From Gemmatimonadales bacterium (lineage in GTDB: Bacteria; Gemmatimonadota; Gemmatimonadetes; Gemmatimonadales; GWC2-71-9): DNA of 64,000 nt. The stretch is taken from the NCBI GenBank assembly GCA_041615815.1, contig JBFJCP010000003.1, positions 64,001-128,000 of the forward strand. Direction: 5' to 3'. The translations under genes were made by a program, and so were the position numbers. Below, one piece after another: positions 9,468-20,878 of this stretch (the first letter of the stretch is position 1; each line of letters begins with the position of its first letter). The notes under the pieces are model-generated. The model worked only from the letters and a program-made list of their open reading frames with translations, was not told the origin of the DNA and did no database searches.

Positions 9468-10694
9468 GTGACCTCCAAGTGGCGCACCCTCTCGGCGCTG
9501 TCCGTCGCCGAGCTGTTGGCAATGAGTCTGTGGTTTTCCGCCACGGCGGTGGCTCCCGCCCTGATCACGCACTGGAACCTCACTCCCGGCCGCGCCGCGT
9601 GGCTCACCATGTCGGTACAGGTGGGGTTCGTAGCTGGCGCCCTCTTGAGCGCGATGCTCAACATCCCCGACCTCTGGGCTCCACGAAAGGTCTTCGCCGT
9701 GGGCGCCGCCGTCGGGGCACTGCTCAACCTCCTCATCCCGGCTCTTCAGGTCGACTTCGGCGTGGCGGTGGCACTTCGCTTTGGGACCGGGATGGCGCTT
9801 GCTGCCGTCTACCCCGTTGGCATGAAGATCATGGCTACCTGGACACGCGAAGATCGCGGACTGGGTATTGGACTGCTGGTGGGGGCACTCACGGTGGGCT
9901 CCGCCTCGCCGCATCTGGTCAAGGCTTTCGGCGGGATCGCCGCCTGGGAACCTGTCCTCTACATCGTCTCGGCTCTCGCGCTCGTCGGCGCAGCGCTGGG
10001 GTGGCAGTACGGGACGGTGGGACCGTACGGCGCGTCCACGCCGCGCTTCCAATGGCGTCATATGGGGAGAGCACTCTCGCGCAAGCCGCTCCGCTTGGCC
10101 AACTTCGGCTACCTCGGACACATGTGGGAGCTGTATGCCATGTGGACCTGGATACCGCTCTTTCTCCTAGAGTCGTATCGCACCTCTTCTCAGGTCGGCG
10201 CCCTGGGCGCGGACCGGGTGGCGATCCTCGCGGCTGGGGCGGCGTTTGCGGTCATCGGAATTGGGGGACTTGGGTCACTGCTGGCCGGACACCTGGCGGA
10301 TCGTTGGGGACGCACCAAGACGACGATCCTGAGCATGGTGATGAGCGGCACGTGCGCGATCGTGATTGGCTTGTTCTTTCACGACCACGTGCTGATGGTG
10401 ACCGCGATCGCCTTGGTGTGGGGATTTGCCATCGTCGCGGATTCCGCACAGTTCAGCAGTTGCATCAGCGAGCTCGCGGAATCCGAATACATGGGGACCC
10501 ACCTCACGACCCAAACGTCCATGGGATTCCTCTTGACGTTGGCAACCATCCAGCTGGTCCCGCAGGCTGTGGACTGGATCGGCTGGCGGTGGGCGTTCGC
10601 ACCGCTTGCGCTGGGGCCGGCATTCGGGGTGTGGGCCATGTGGCGATTGGGAGGGTCGCCCGAGGCCGCGAAGCTGGCGGGAGGCAGAGGATAG
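9468..10694 (+). CDS. MFS transporter
   Basis: About 12 hydrophobic segments, MFS motif A (GHLADRWGR), GYLGHMWELYAMW, VADSAQFS. Confidence 0.9.
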   Translation: MTSKWRTLSALSVAELLAMSLWFSATAVAPALITHWNLTPGRAAWLTMSVQVGFVAGALLSAMLNIPDLWAPRKVFAVGAAVGALLNLLIPALQVDFGVAVALRFGTGMALAAVYPVGMKIMATWTREDRGLGIGLLVGALTVGSASPHLVKAFGGIAAWEPVLYIVSALALVGAALGWQYGTVGPYGASTPRFQWRHMGRALSRKPLRLANFGYLGHMWELYAMWTWIPLFLLESYRTSSQVGALGADRVAILAAGAAFAVIGIGGLGSLLAGHLADRWGRTKTTILSMVMSGTCAIVIGLFFHDHVLMVTAIALVWGFAIVADSAQFSSCISELAESEYMGTHLTTQTSMGFLLTLATIQLVPQAVDWIGWRWAFAPLALGPAFGVWAMWRLGGSPEAAKLAGGRG

Positions 10695-10904
10695 AGCGGT
10701 CAGAGGGCCGATGGCAAAACCAGGCGTGGGATGCAGGCTGGTTTGAAGTCGAGCCCTGACGGACCGTCCCGCCGAAGGGGGCGAGGACGGGCTATACGTC
10801 ATGCGGTGGCGGTGAACAACAAGACAAGATCGAGGGCCAAGAGTAGCGAGGCAGAACAACGAATGCGGATCGCCGCATGGCGAACACGTATGGAGGCACA
10901 ACCC

Positions 10905-11444
10905 ATGACCGACACCCATCTGCCGCAGGTGTTGATCAGCGAAGCGGACATTGAAGCGCGGGTTCGGGAGTTGGCCGCGCAGATCGACCATGACTACCGA
11001 AACCGGACCCCCATCATTCTCATTGGCGTGCTCAAGGGGGCGTTCGTCTTTCTCGCCGACCTCGCGCGGCGCCTCACGGTACCGCGAGAAATCGAATTCA
11101 TGGCGCTGTCGAGCTATGAGCACGGAAGCGTGTCGGGCGCCGTACGCCTCGTCATGGATCTCCGCCGGTCCGTGGAGGGGAAGCACATTCTCATCGTGGA
11201 GGACATCGTCGACACGGGTCGTACGCTGCATTACCTGATGGAGCTCCTCCACACGCGGGAACCGGCATCCATGCGGTCGTGCGCGCTCGTGCGCAAGAAG
11301 AGTCGTCACGAGGTGGAAGTGCAGCTCGACTACCTCGGGTTCGACATCCCCGATGTCTGGGTCGTGGGGTACGGGCTGGATTTCGCCGAGCAGCACCGGA
11401 CACTCCCGTATATCGGGGTGGTCGGGCAGGAGGGTTCGAGATGA
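10905..11444 (+). CDS. hpt: Hypoxanthine phosphoribosyltransferase
   Basis: GVLKGA, LIVEDIVDTGRT PRPP-binding loop, VVGYGLD; GGAGG SD before ATG 10905. Confidence 0.96.
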   Translation: MTDTHLPQVLISEADIEARVRELAAQIDHDYRNRTPIILIGVLKGAFVFLADLARRLTVPREIEFMALSSYEHGSVSGAVRLVMDLRRSVEGKHILIVEDIVDTGRTLHYLMELLHTREPASMRSCALVRKKSRHEVEVQLDYLGFDIPDVWVVGYGLDFAEQHRTLPYIGVVGQEGSR

Positions 11445-11459
11445 TGCTGAGGAGGGGCG

Positions 11460-12215
11460 TTACCTGGTCCGGACCGCGTCGATCGCCATTTGGGTTTCCG
11501 GCGCCGGCGTGAGGTCGTGCTCGCGCTGCAGCCGCTTGGCAAAATCCTCGTACGCTCGCACGGCGGCAATGCGATTGCCCATCTGATCGAGGACATGGAT
11601 CAAGCGTCGGAGCGACCGTTCGTCGGTGGGAGAGATCGAGAGTGCCAGACGAAGCCAGTGCGCGGCGCGCTCCGGCTGGCCGCCTCGCGCGGTGCGGTCC
11701 GCCAAAGACCATGCGGCTTCGAGGGCCCGGCGGCGGATGCGATCACGCTCGCGACCCTGCCAATCGTCGAATTCGGGCGCCCGGGAGACGTGGAGCCCTT
11801 CTAAGAACTCACCGCGATAGAGTTGGAGCGCGTCGGCGTATCGTCCGCTCTCGATGGCGTCTTCGAACGCGGCAACGTCGCACCAGAGCTGCGAGTCGAC
11901 ACCGAGGTCTTCCGCACCACGTCCAACCACGACGTCCTTCCCGAGAAACCGCCGAAGCATGTGGATGGCCTGGCAGAGTGCGTTGCGCGCGTGTGCGTGG
12001 TCCAGATCGGGCCAGAAGAGCGCCACCAGCGAATCGCGGCGATGAAATCCCCGCGGAGCGGCGACGGTGAGATACACGAGCAACGCGAGGCGTTTGGCCT
12101 GGGACAGCACCGGCACACACACGTCCCCACTGCTGTCTCGCAAGTCGACGACGCCCAAGGTGTGGAGCTCGAGGGTTTGGAGCGATATGCGTGGGACGGG
12201 GAAAGCGGGTGACAT
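11460..12215 (-). CDS. SARP-family transcriptional activator (wHTH + BTAD)
   Basis: LHTLG, RDSLVALFWP, ARNAL, LWCDVAAF, LYRGEFLEG, FDDW, C-terminal PAPET. Confidence 0.88.
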   Translation of the reverse strand: MSPAFPVPRISLQTLELHTLGVVDLRDSSGDVCVPVLSQAKRLALLVYLTVAAPRGFHRRDSLVALFWPDLDHAHARNALCQAIHMLRRFLGKDVVVGRGAEDLGVDSQLWCDVAAFEDAIESGRYADALQLYRGEFLEGLHVSRAPEFDDWQGRERDRIRRRALEAAWSLADRTARGGQPERAAHWLRLALSISPTDERSLRRLIHVLDQMGNRIAAVRAYEDFAKRLQREHDLTPAPETQMAIDAVRTR

Positions 12216-12601
12216 CCGTGTCCTCCGAGCCCCCTGGCGGGGGGCGTGACAGGGCTGCGAACCTAACTCTTATCTCAACCTTACTTAGTCCTCTTCTAGA
12301 GGACGGTTGAGTCGTCAATCCGGTCTCGGAGGCGCCATCACGAGTAAGGCTCACGTGAAGCGCTTTCGCTATAGTATGGCGCGGTACGTGGTTTCGGAAG
12401 AAGCAGCGCCGCGGTGCGCGGGGCACCTTGCCGCCCGGCAAGGACACACGGGGGGAACGACCGGGATTACCGATCCCGGGCAGCCTAGCGCACCGCGGCC
12501 CTTTTCTGCGTCCCTCCTGTACACATCACCATGCCGCAGCAGTGTATCCTCGATTCTGCCATCGACACTCTGCATTCGTGCTGCCCTCTGCCCCTGCCCT
12601 C

Positions 12602-14257
12602 TTATTCCATCCCCATCATCCGATCGCGCGTGGCTCGGAATTCGGTCCCCGGCCGCCAGTTGGGGAACGTGGACTCGCCTGCGAGTCGATAGCCGACCTG
12701 CAACAGCAGACGGAGATCGTCGACGGCCCCACTCAAGTCCCAGGTGGGATCATATTCGTCCGACGGCTTGTGATATCGCTCCGCCGTGTATTCGTCGCGC
12801 TGCGCGCGCCCGTAGTCCTCGCCGCGCTCCACGTGATCGATTCCCGCATCGGTGTACAGCGCAGGCACGCCCACCTTGGCGAAGTTGAAATGATCTGAGC
12901 GATAGTAAAACCCCTTTGCGGGCTCCGGATCCGGGCGTAAGACCCGTCCCTGCATCTCCGCCGCCGCCCGCAAGTAGTCATCTAGGTCCGACATCCCGAA
13001 CCCGACGATCGTGATGTCCTTCATTGGACCCCAGATGTTGAGGCCATCCATGTTGATGGCCGCCACCGTCTTGTCCAACGGGTACACGGGGTTGGCAGCG
13101 TAGTACGCCGAGCCCAAAAGACCCTGTTCCTCCGCTGCCACTGCGAGAAAGAGGAGGGATCTTGCGGGCGCGGGCTCGAGGGCGGCGAACGCCTCGGCCA
13201 ACAGCAGGAGCCCCGCCGTGCCCGTCGCGTTATCCAACGCACCATTGTAGATCTGGTCGCCCGGCAAGTTGGGATCCCGCCCGAGGTGATCCCAGTGCGC
13301 CATGTACACGACATACTCGTCGGGCCGCTCCGAGCCGGGTAGCACAGCCAGCACGTTGTTGGATGTCGACCGCTCGATGCGGTTCCTGATCGTGACGGAC
13401 GCGGTGAGGCCCAGGGAGACCCCGCGAAACCCACGGCGCGCCGCCCGTGTCTTGAGCGAGTCGTAGTCCATCCCCGCCTGTCTAAAGACGCGGCGCGCGC
13501 TCTCCAACGTGAGCCAACCCTCTGCCGCCACGCGCGACATATTGTTGTCCTCCCGGACCAGATCGAACTGCGGACCGGACCAACTCCCGCTGACCACCTC
13601 CCACGGATACCCGGCTGGTGCAGTCTCGTGGACGATCAACGCCCCCGCGGCCCCCTGGCGCGCTGCCTCCTCGTACTTGTAGGTCCACCGCCCGTAATAC
13701 GTCATGGCATTGCCGTTGAACAGCGACGTGTCGCTGGTGGCGAAGCCGGGATCGTTGACGAGGATCACGACCGTCTTGCCGCGGACATCGAGGCCGTCAT
13801 AGTCATTCCACTGATATTCGGGTGCCACGACGCCATAGCCCACGAACACCATCTCCGAGTTTGCCACCTGAGCACGGTCCACGACCCGGGTCGTCCACGC
13901 CATGAACTGGGTTCCGTACCCAAAACCGTTACGCGCTCCTCTTCCCTGCACCGTGAGCCGCATGGTGGGGTCCGCCGTGATGGAAACCAGCGGCACCTCC
14001 TGAACGTAGCTCTGGCCATTTCCGGGCTGGAGACCTAGCCGTTGGAACTCTCCCTCGAGGTATGCAACCGTCATCTCCTCTCCAGGAGACGATGGCCCCC
14101 GACCTTCGAACTCGTCCGACGCGAGGGTCTCGATGTGCGATCCGAGGTCCTCGGCGTTGATGACATCGAGCGCACCCTGGAGTCGCGGATCACCTCGCTC
14201 GCAGGATGCCAGCACGAGCAGTCCGGCACCGCAGAGCGGTACGATGAATGACCTCAT
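12602..14257 (-). CDS. M28 family metallopeptidase with PA domain, lipoprotein
   Basis: Lipobox LASC, ASDEFEGR, YYGRWTYKYEEA, AHWDH, GALDNATG, AEEQGLLGS, NMD, YRSDH, YHKPSD. Confidence 0.93.
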   Translation of the reverse strand: MRSFIVPLCGAGLLVLASCERGDPRLQGALDVINAEDLGSHIETLASDEFEGRGPSSPGEEMTVAYLEGEFQRLGLQPGNGQSYVQEVPLVSITADPTMRLTVQGRGARNGFGYGTQFMAWTTRVVDRAQVANSEMVFVGYGVVAPEYQWNDYDGLDVRGKTVVILVNDPGFATSDTSLFNGNAMTYYGRWTYKYEEAARQGAAGALIVHETAPAGYPWEVVSGSWSGPQFDLVREDNNMSRVAAEGWLTLESARRVFRQAGMDYDSLKTRAARRGFRGVSLGLTASVTIRNRIERSTSNNVLAVLPGSERPDEYVVYMAHWDHLGRDPNLPGDQIYNGALDNATGTAGLLLLAEAFAALEPAPARSLLFLAVAAEEQGLLGSAYYAANPVYPLDKTVAAINMDGLNIWGPMKDITIVGFGMSDLDDYLRAAAEMQGRVLRPDPEPAKGFYYRSDHFNFAKVGVPALYTDAGIDHVERGEDYGRAQRDEYTAERYHKPSDEYDPTWDLSGAVDDLRLLLQVGYRLAGESTFPNWRPGTEFRATRDRMMGME

Positions 14258-14292
14258 GATGTCCTCACGATTGTTGCTTGTTTGCAGACAAT

Positions 14293-14949
14293 CTACTCGC
14301 TTCGGGCGGGCGAGGGGGCCGGGGAACGCACTCGCACCGGCGGCCGCCCCCGGCGGGTGGATGCGCGCCGCAGGGTCCACAGCCGGAAGGCGAGCAGCGC
14401 CACCAGCACGAGTCCGTAAACCACCGGTCGCTGCTCCTCAGCCTTGACCTTCCACAAGAAGTGCAGCACACCACCGCCCGCGGCGAGGTAGACGAGGCGG
14501 TGGAGTTGCTGCCACCGTTTCCCACCCAGGCGTTTGACCCACCCGTTGGTGGACGTGATGGCCAGCGGGATGAGCAGCACAAAGCTGGTGAACCCCACGG
14601 TGACGTACGGACGTTCCAGAATATCCTCGAGAATGAACTCGAGTGAGAAGAACTGATCGAACAGGTAGATGCAGAAATGGCAGAAGACGTAGAAGAAGGC
14701 GAACAGCCCCAGCATCCGACGCACCAGCACCAGCGACGGAATGCCCAGCAACGTGCGGACGGGTGTGACCGCCAGGGTGACCATGAGAAGCGTGATGGTC
14801 GTGATGCCGGTTCGATGCGTGACTTCCTCGATGGGATTGGCACCGAGACCTCCGGTGAACCCATCCCACACCATCAGACCGGCTGGCAGAAGACAGACAA
14901 CGAACGTGACGGGTTTGAGGACGTGCCGCACCCAGGACGCTGCAGTCAT
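14293..14949 (-). CDS. msrQ: Protein-methionine-sulfoxide reductase heme-binding subunit
   Basis: LGANPIE, RRMLGLFAFFY..H, PLAITS, WQQLHRLVY; next to msrP. Confidence 0.94.
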   Translation of the reverse strand: MTAASWVRHVLKPVTFVVCLLPAGLMVWDGFTGGLGANPIEEVTHRTGITTITLLMVTLAVTPVRTLLGIPSLVLVRRMLGLFAFFYVFCHFCIYLFDQFFSLEFILEDILERPYVTVGFTSFVLLIPLAITSTNGWVKRLGGKRWQQLHRLVYLAAGGGVLHFLWKVKAEEQRPVVYGLVLVALLAFRLWTLRRASTRRGRPPVRVRSPAPSPARSE

Positions 14950-15066
14950 CGGGCAAGCAATGGGTGAACCGAGGTGGGATCCGCCGCCGCTACCGGCGCC
15001 TCTGCCCCACGTCGGCAGGAGCGGCAGCGGAGGGAGCCGAAGGACGCCTCACGGCTCCAGCCTCCA

Positions 15067-16008
15067 CTAGTAATTCCGCGCCAAGTCCATACCGGCGTAG
15101 AGCCGCGCCACTTGCTCACCATAGCCGTTGAACTTGAGCGTGGGCCGGCGACGCAGCTCACCGATCCGCCGTTCCCGTCGCTGGCTCCATCGTGGGTGGT
15201 CCACGTCCGGGTTCACGTTGGCGTAGAAACCGTACTCGCGCGGCGCGACGACGCTCCAGGTGTTTTTGGGTTGCTCCCGCGTCAGCCGAATCCGAACGAT
15301 GGATTTGATGCTCTTGAATCCGTACTTCCACGGCACGACGAGCCTGATCGGCGCTCCATTCTGATTCGGTAGCATCTTCCCGTAGAGACCCACCGAGAGG
15401 ATGGCGAGCGGATGCATCGCCTCGTCCAACCGCAGTCCCTCCACGTACGGCCACGGGAGGAGCGGACGTTTCTGCCCCGGCATCTGCTCGGGATCGTACA
15501 GAGTCGTGAATTCGACGTATTGGGCAAACGAGCTGGGCTCGACTCGGTTCAGCAACTTCCCAAGGGGAAAACCCATCCACGGAATGACCATTGACCACGC
15601 CTCGACGCAGCGGAGCCGGTAGATGCGCTCCTCGGCCGGGAACGTCGTGAGGAGGTCATCGATGTCGAAAACCTGGGGCTTCTGGACCTCTCCGTCGACG
15701 CGGACCGTCCACGGCCGAGGCCGAAGCGAGTGGGCGTGCTTCTTGGGATCAGCCTTGTCGGTTCCGAACTCGTAGAAGTTGTTGTAGCTGGTGACCTTGT
15801 CGAGTGGTGTCAGCTCCTCGTCGGCCCCGGCCGCCGCCCGGCCATCGGCTTCCGCCTCGGCGCATCCCACCAACCACGGGAGTGACATCCCCGTGGCGGC
15901 CACCGCCCCGATCCCCACCGCCGTCCGCAAGAAGTCCCGGCGCCGGAGATAGAGCCCTTCGTCCGTGATTTCCGATGATCGAATGTCGCTCGGTCGCTTG
16001 ATGAGCAT
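15067..16008 (-). CDS. msrP: Protein-methionine-sulfoxide reductase catalytic subunit
   Basis: MLIK start, Tat motif [48 protein letters not shown]. Confidence 0.96.
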   Translation of the reverse strand: MLIKRPSDIRSSEITDEGLYLRRRDFLRTAVGIGAVAATGMSLPWLVGCAEAEADGRAAAGADEELTPLDKVTSYNNFYEFGTDKADPKKHAHSLRPRPWTVRVDGEVQKPQVFDIDDLLTTFPAEERIYRLRCVEAWSMVIPWMGFPLGKLLNRVEPSSFAQYVEFTTLYDPEQMPGQKRPLLPWPYVEGLRLDEAMHPLAILSVGLYGKMLPNQNGAPIRLVVPWKYGFKSIKSIVRIRLTREQPKNTWSVVAPREYGFYANVNPDVDHPRWSQRRERRIGELRRRPTLKFNGYGEQVARLYAGMDLARNY

Positions 16009-16132
16009 CATACCTCGCATGTTAGCCGCCAGCCTCAACCCGTACAAATACCATCTCGGCGGCAAAGGTTCCGCTCGTGAGAGGATTCTAATGGAGGCGG
16101 CAGATGGAACCCACCCACTCCCATCGGCATCT

Positions 16133-19100
16133 CTATAAATGAATTCTCACCTCGGTGCCCCGGCCCACCACGCTCTGGACCTCGATGGTGCCACCCCACG
16201 ACTCGACCAGCCGCTTGCAGATGGCCAGTCCGAGTCCGGTCCCGCTCGTAGTGGTGGAGAACTGAGGCTCAAAAATCCGCGGCAGCACGTCCGGGGCAAT
16301 CCCGCGCCCATCGTCGCGTACACGGACGGCCACGCCATCTCCCTCCTGCGGCTCCACCGCGATCGTGATTTCCGAGGCCCCGGCATCCCGCGCGTTTTCC
16401 ACCAGATTGATCAGGACCTCTTTCACCTCGTCCCGCCGGACCAACGCCGGCACCGGACGGTCTGCCTCGACACGCACGTTCGCGCCACCACCCAGCTCGT
16501 AGAGCTCCGCCGCGTCGTGGGCGATGGCCACTAGATCATGGGTGTCCAGCGGAGCGTCTTCGGCCGGAGGGGCACCGAAGCGTGAGAAGGCTCTTGCGAT
16601 CGCATCGAGCCGCTCGATCTCCGCAAGGATTTGTCTGGACGTCCGCTCGAGCGCGGCGTCAAAGTCGGTGCGCCGGTCGCGCCGCGCACGCTGGAGGTGC
16701 TGTACACCCAACCGAATGGGTGTCAGCGGGTTCTTGATCTCGTGGGCAATCTGCCGAGCGAGCTCACCCCATGCGAGCACCCTGAGCGCTCGCGCCGACT
16801 CCGTGACGTCGTCCAACGCCACGACACACCCTCGGGGGTCAGACCGCAAGGTGGCGACCTGCGCGCGAATGCGACGGTCGGCCACACTGAATTCTCTCAG
16901 GTCGAGCTCCCTGTCTCGCTCCAAGAACGTCTCCACCCACTCCCAGAGAGGGGCCCAATCTCCTCCTGTGTCGCTGCAGATATCCGTGCCTGCCGCCAGT
17001 TCCGCGCCCAACAACTCCCCCGCGCTGGGGTTGGCGATCGTGACTCGCATATCCCGATCTAGCGCGACGACCCCGGTCGCGACGGTTTTGAGTACGGTGG
17101 CCGTGCGTCGTCGCGCGGCTTCCAGCGCGGTCTGGCTCGCCTCGACGTCCTGGGCCATGCGCTCGAAGGCATCCACCACGGAGGCGAATTCCGTAGGAAT
17201 CTCCGCGGTGTCGAACGGGGGGAGCGGTTCGCCCCGGCCCACGGCGAGTGCCGCCGAACGCAACGACTCCACGGGTCGAGAGAGGGACCGGGCCGCTACC
17301 GTGGCCAACCCCACGGCACCGCCCAACCCAATGATGGTCACCAGGAGCAGCGCAAACGCGAGATCCTCCTGCTCCCGTCGGAGGTCTTGCACGTCGACGA
17401 GTCGCGGCGCCGCGAGGACCGCCTGGGACTCTCGGATCTCCCCCAGCGACCGGTATCCCACCCGCGTCGCCTGTCCGCCAATCAACTCGTCTGCCGTGAC
17501 CTCGAGTTCGTCGCCCACCGTGAGGGCCCAGTGGGCCGGCGGCGACATGTAGGCGTCGAGTAACCCAAGCTCCGTGAGGACCGGAACACTCGCGTCTTGG
17601 AGGACGCCGCGCTCGTACCAGAGCAGGTCCGCGCCCAGACGGTCTCCGAGCTCCGCCAACCGTTCGCGGACTTCCAGGTCTTCCAGACCTACTAACCGCC
17701 GCGCGCTGCCGGCGGCATCGCTGAGGGTCTGTTGAATCAAGAGATCGCGACTGCGCTCCGCATCGGCCCGGAGACGTCCTGCCGACCACGTCGCGAAGCC
17801 CAACGTGGGGACGATGAAGAACCCAGCGAGGGCCACCGCCAACCGACTCTGATAGGATTGGAATCTCACGAGTTTCCGCGGGCGCACTGGAATCGCCACG
17901 CCGCCGCTCAACGCGATTCCCAAGCCCCACGACAGAGCGACAATCACCCCATTCGCCAACAGTACGAGCGTCCCCCGTACCAGCAGCGGCACCGCGCCAC
18001 TCAAGGGAACGCCGATGTGCAGATGACGCGATCCCTCCACCACATCCAGCACGCGCGTGCCGCGGACGGTCCATCGTTCGTCGCGTCGCCAGGCGATCAC
18101 CTGCGAGAGCGAGGTATCCGACACCGTCTCGCCCAGGGACATCTCATACGGGGCGAATAGCCGGCGTTCCCCGCGCAAGAATCGGGCGACGCGCACGGGA
18201 GGGATGAGTCGTGACCGCGGCGCCACCCCAGCGGTCACCACGATGCTGTCCGGAAACGGCACGGCGATGATGTAGTGAATACCCGGTGCAAGATCCACTT
18301 GCTGAATGACGGGCGTCTCCACATTCGTCGCGAACCGAGCGAGCGAAAAGAACAGGGGGGCAGAGAGCTCCAACTGTGCGAGCTCGAGCGAGGCCAGCAG
18401 GGCGCCGTCACCGCGCCAGGTCGCCAACACGGCCGGGTAGTCGTCCGCGCTCAGCGGCGAACGCCGCCAATGAGCGTACAGGTCCGCGGCGGTGCGCGGT
18501 GGAGCACCGGCACTGATGTCGCCGGCGAATCGCTCCAACATACTGATGGCCACCGGATCTCCCCCGGTCAGGCGGCGGGCATCGCGTTCGGCGAGCAAGA
18601 GACGGCTCCGAACCGTGGCGTTCCATGTGAGGAGCACAGCCGCCATTCCCGCCACGGCCGTCACGGCAATCGCCAGCCGAGGTCGGGGCCGACTCAGCAC
18701 GGCGAGAAATGCCGTGGGAAGCCAAAGAACGACGTACCACATCGGCCAGGCTCGCACCGGCGACCAAGCGAGCATGCCTACGGCCCCCAACCCGACGGCC
18801 CCACCCACCGCCAGCCAGGGAGCCCATCGCACTGTAAACTGCCCACCCCGCCCTCCCATCAAGGCGGCGCTCACAAACCCGATAGCGACGCCCGCCATGG
18901 CGAGACTCAACTCCCAGCTCAGCCACAGCCCAACCCCAATTTCGGAAACCGGTGGGGTGATGGGATCCGCCAGCGCCGCCAGCGCAAGAGGAGCTACCAG
19001 CACGAGCAGACTCCCCAGTGCCACGCCCCAAGGGCGGCGACGGGGGATCCGGGTGAGCCACGGAACGACGAGCAGCACCACGAACGCCGACGACACGAAG

Positions 19101-20122
19101 AGGGCACCCGCCGACGCCGTGAGAGGACCGAGTGCACTCAGGTAATACGAGGCCGAGGTAAACGGCGTGCCGAGACCAACGTGGAGCCCGGCCGGCGTCA
19201 GCACAAAGACCGCGGCCAGCCCGACCACCGCCAGCCACCGTCCGAGGGTGCCGGCGACCAGCGCCAGAAACACGAGCTGGAGCATCAGCAGGGCGGAGAC
19301 CCACCGGCTGCCCGCCGCGAGCTGCGCGAGCTTGGCTGAACCTTGCGTTGGTGGAACGATCCGAACGCTGAAGAGCGTGTCGGGAATGACGGAATCGTCC
19401 GCGGCACATTCGGGGAGACAATAGTCGAATACATCGGACCCCGCTGGCGCCCGCCCCGGGGCGTAGAACTCGAGCGCCGTACCCGTCTCACGAACGAAGA
19501 GAGCGGCCACACTCCCCTCCCGATCCGGGACCGCACTGTCCGCCGCCAGCAGCACGTGGCTGACGGCGGATCCGTCCTCCGCCTGGCGTCGCGCCTCGAG
19601 CAGGACGTAGAATGCGTTGATGCGTGCGGTGAGCTTCGGACTATCGGCCGTGGGCGGTGCCATGCGGAGCCGGTGGCGGCCGGCCCACGCCCTGGGAACC
19701 CCTGCGGAATCGAAGGCGACGACGCCGCTCTCCGGTCCGCGTTGGCGGGCGGCATCGCCTAGAGCGGCAAAGGCCTCCGTTGCGGAGCTGGCACTGTGGC
19801 GGGCCCCCACGGTGGCGAGTTCCTGGGCCCGATCCACCGCCGCCCCCAACGTCTGGCTCAGCTGGCCGCTAGCCTGGCTGATGAAGGTCTCTCGGGTGTC
19901 CGGCCAGGAGCGCTCGATCGCTCGCACCCTCCCAGAGGTGTCGAGCGCAAACGCTGTGGCCACGAGTCCCGCGATGGCCACGAGCACAGGTCCGACCCGC
20001 GCCGCCCAAGCCGCGGCGATCGCGAGCCACGCCCCGAAGACGCCGGCCACGATCGCGCCCGGGAGTCCGGGAGAGACCAACCAGAAACCCAGGGCACTGA
20101 CCATCCCGACTACGGGGAGCAC
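16133..20122 (-). CDS. Large multi-membrane NtrY-like sensor histidine kinase (HAMP-PAS-HisKA-HATPase); start uncertain
   Basis: H-box [13 protein letters not shown]-box NLVENA, DDGRG, FEPQFST, GTGLGL; many TM segments; start GTG 20122 or ATG 20104. Confidence 0.88.
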   Translation of the reverse strand: MLPVVGMVSALGFWLVSPGLPGAIVAGVFGAWLAIAAAWAARVGPVLVAIAGLVATAFALDTSGRVRAIERSWPDTRETFISQASGQLSQTLGAAVDRAQELATVGARHSASSATEAFAALGDAARQRGPESGVVAFDSAGVPRAWAGRHRLRMAPPTADSPKLTARINAFYVLLEARRQAEDGSAVSHVLLAADSAVPDREGSVAALFVRETGTALEFYAPGRAPAGSDVFDYCLPECAADDSVIPDTLFSVRIVPPTQGSAKLAQLAAGSRWVSALLMLQLVFLALVAGTLGRWLAVVGLAAVFVLTPAGLHVGLGTPFTSASYYLSALGPLTASAGALFVSSAFVVLLVVPWLTRIPRRRPWGVALGSLLVLVAPLALAALADPITPPVSEIGVGLWLSWELSLAMAGVAIGFVSAALMGGRGGQFTVRWAPWLAVGGAVGLGAVGMLAWSPVRAWPMWYVVLWLPTAFLAVLSRPRPRLAIAVTAVAGMAAVLLTWNATVRSRLLLAERDARRLTGGDPVAISMLERFAGDISAGAPPRTAADLYAHWRRSPLSADDYPAVLATWRGDGALLASLELAQLELSAPLFFSLARFATNVETPVIQQVDLAPGIHYIIAVPFPDSIVVTAGVAPRSRLIPPVRVARFLRGERRLFAPYEMSLGETVSDTSLSQVIAWRRDERWTVRGTRVLDVVEGSRHLHIGVPLSGAVPLLVRGTLVLLANGVIVALSWGLGIALSGGVAIPVRPRKLVRFQSYQSRLAVALAGFFIVPTLGFATWSAGRLRADAERSRDLLIQQTLSDAAGSARRLVGLEDLEVRERLAELGDRLGADLLWYERGVLQDASVPVLTELGLLDAYMSPPAHWALTVGDELEVTADELIGGQATRVGYRSLGEIRESQAVLAAPRLVDVQDLRREQEDLAFALLLVTIIGLGGAVGLATVAARSLSRPVESLRSAALAVGRGEPLPPFDTAEIPTEFASVVDAFERMAQDVEASQTALEAARRRTATVLKTVATGVVALDRDMRVTIANPSAGELLGAELAAGTDICSDTGGDWAPLWEWVETFLERDRELDLREFSVADRRIRAQVATLRSDPRGCVVALDDVTESARALRVLAWGELARQIAHEIKNPLTPIRLGVQHLQRARRDRRTDFDAALERTSRQILAEIERLDAIARAFSRFGAPPAEDAPLDTHDLVAIAHDAAELYELGGGANVRVEADRPVPALVRRDEVKEVLINLVENARDAGASEITIAVEPQEGDGVAVRVRDDGRGIAPDVLPRIFEPQFSTTTSGTGLGLAICKRLVESWGGTIEVQSVVGRGTEVRIHL

Positions 20123-20125
20123 CCA

Positions 20126-20878
20126 ATGACGGATCTTGAGCCTCAACGGGATCCCCTTATCCTCAAACGCCTCACTCCGGAACGGGTACGCAGCCATCTG
20201 GCCCGTGATGCCCGACTCATCGTCCCCGTGGGCACGACCGAGCAGCACGGGCCCCACCTACCGCTGGGGTGTGATACCCTTATCGTGGAGCGCCTGGCTG
20301 ACGACCTCTCGGCCGAGTTCAACGTGTTACGGGCCCCAACCATAGAATATGGGGTGAATGCCGCCACTCCCACTCCCTACCCCGGAAGTGCCTCGGTGCG
20401 TCGGAAGACATTGCATCGATTCCTCAACGATCTGGTGGGCTCATGGGAGGACGGGGGAGTGAAGCAGTTCATCATCCTCACGGCGCACGGGCAGGATCCC
20501 CATCAGGAGGCCCTCAGCACGCTCCGCACGCTCAGAGCGTCGGTTCGCACGGTCGATATCTTCGCGGTGCCACTCACCGACGAGGAAGCAGCGAGTGGGA
20601 TTCCAGTCCATGGCGGCGCGTTGGATACGTCGCTCCTCTTGTACGTGAATGGCGACCTCGTGGATCTGGAGCGCGCCGAGGACTACGTGCCGTCGCGCTG
20701 GGCCGCCCGGCGCTACCACCGTGGTTCCTCCGGCGCGATTCCCAAAGGGAGCCCCGGGTCCATGGGTCGCCCGAGCCTCGCCTCGATGGAGCGTGGCGAA
20801 TTGCTGTATCATTTTATATTCCAACGGATTGCAACGAGGATTCTGGCAGGCGTCGAGGTCACGGATCGAGGCTCATGA
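20126..20878 (+). CDS. Creatininase / creatinine amidohydrolase family protein
   Basis: VPVGTTEQHGPHLPLGCD, AHG and HGGALDTS motifs. Confidence 0.88.
   Translation: MTDLEPQRDPLILKRLTPERVRSHLARDARLIVPVGTTEQHGPHLPLGCDTLIVERLADDLSAEFNVLRAPTIEYGVNAATPTPYPGSASVRRKTLHRFLNDLVGSWEDGGVKQFIILTAHGQDPHQEALSTLRTLRASVRTVDIFAVPLTDEEAASGIPVHGGALDTSLLLYVNGDLVDLERAEDYVPSRWAARRYHRGSSGAIPKGSPGSMGRPSLASMERGELLYHFIFQRIATRILAGVEVTDRGS

Noticed and set aside
10695..10904. Possible purine riboswitch upstream of hpt
   Set aside because: A GC hairpin is present near 10764-10790, but I could not find the conserved purine-aptamer junction and loop sequences.
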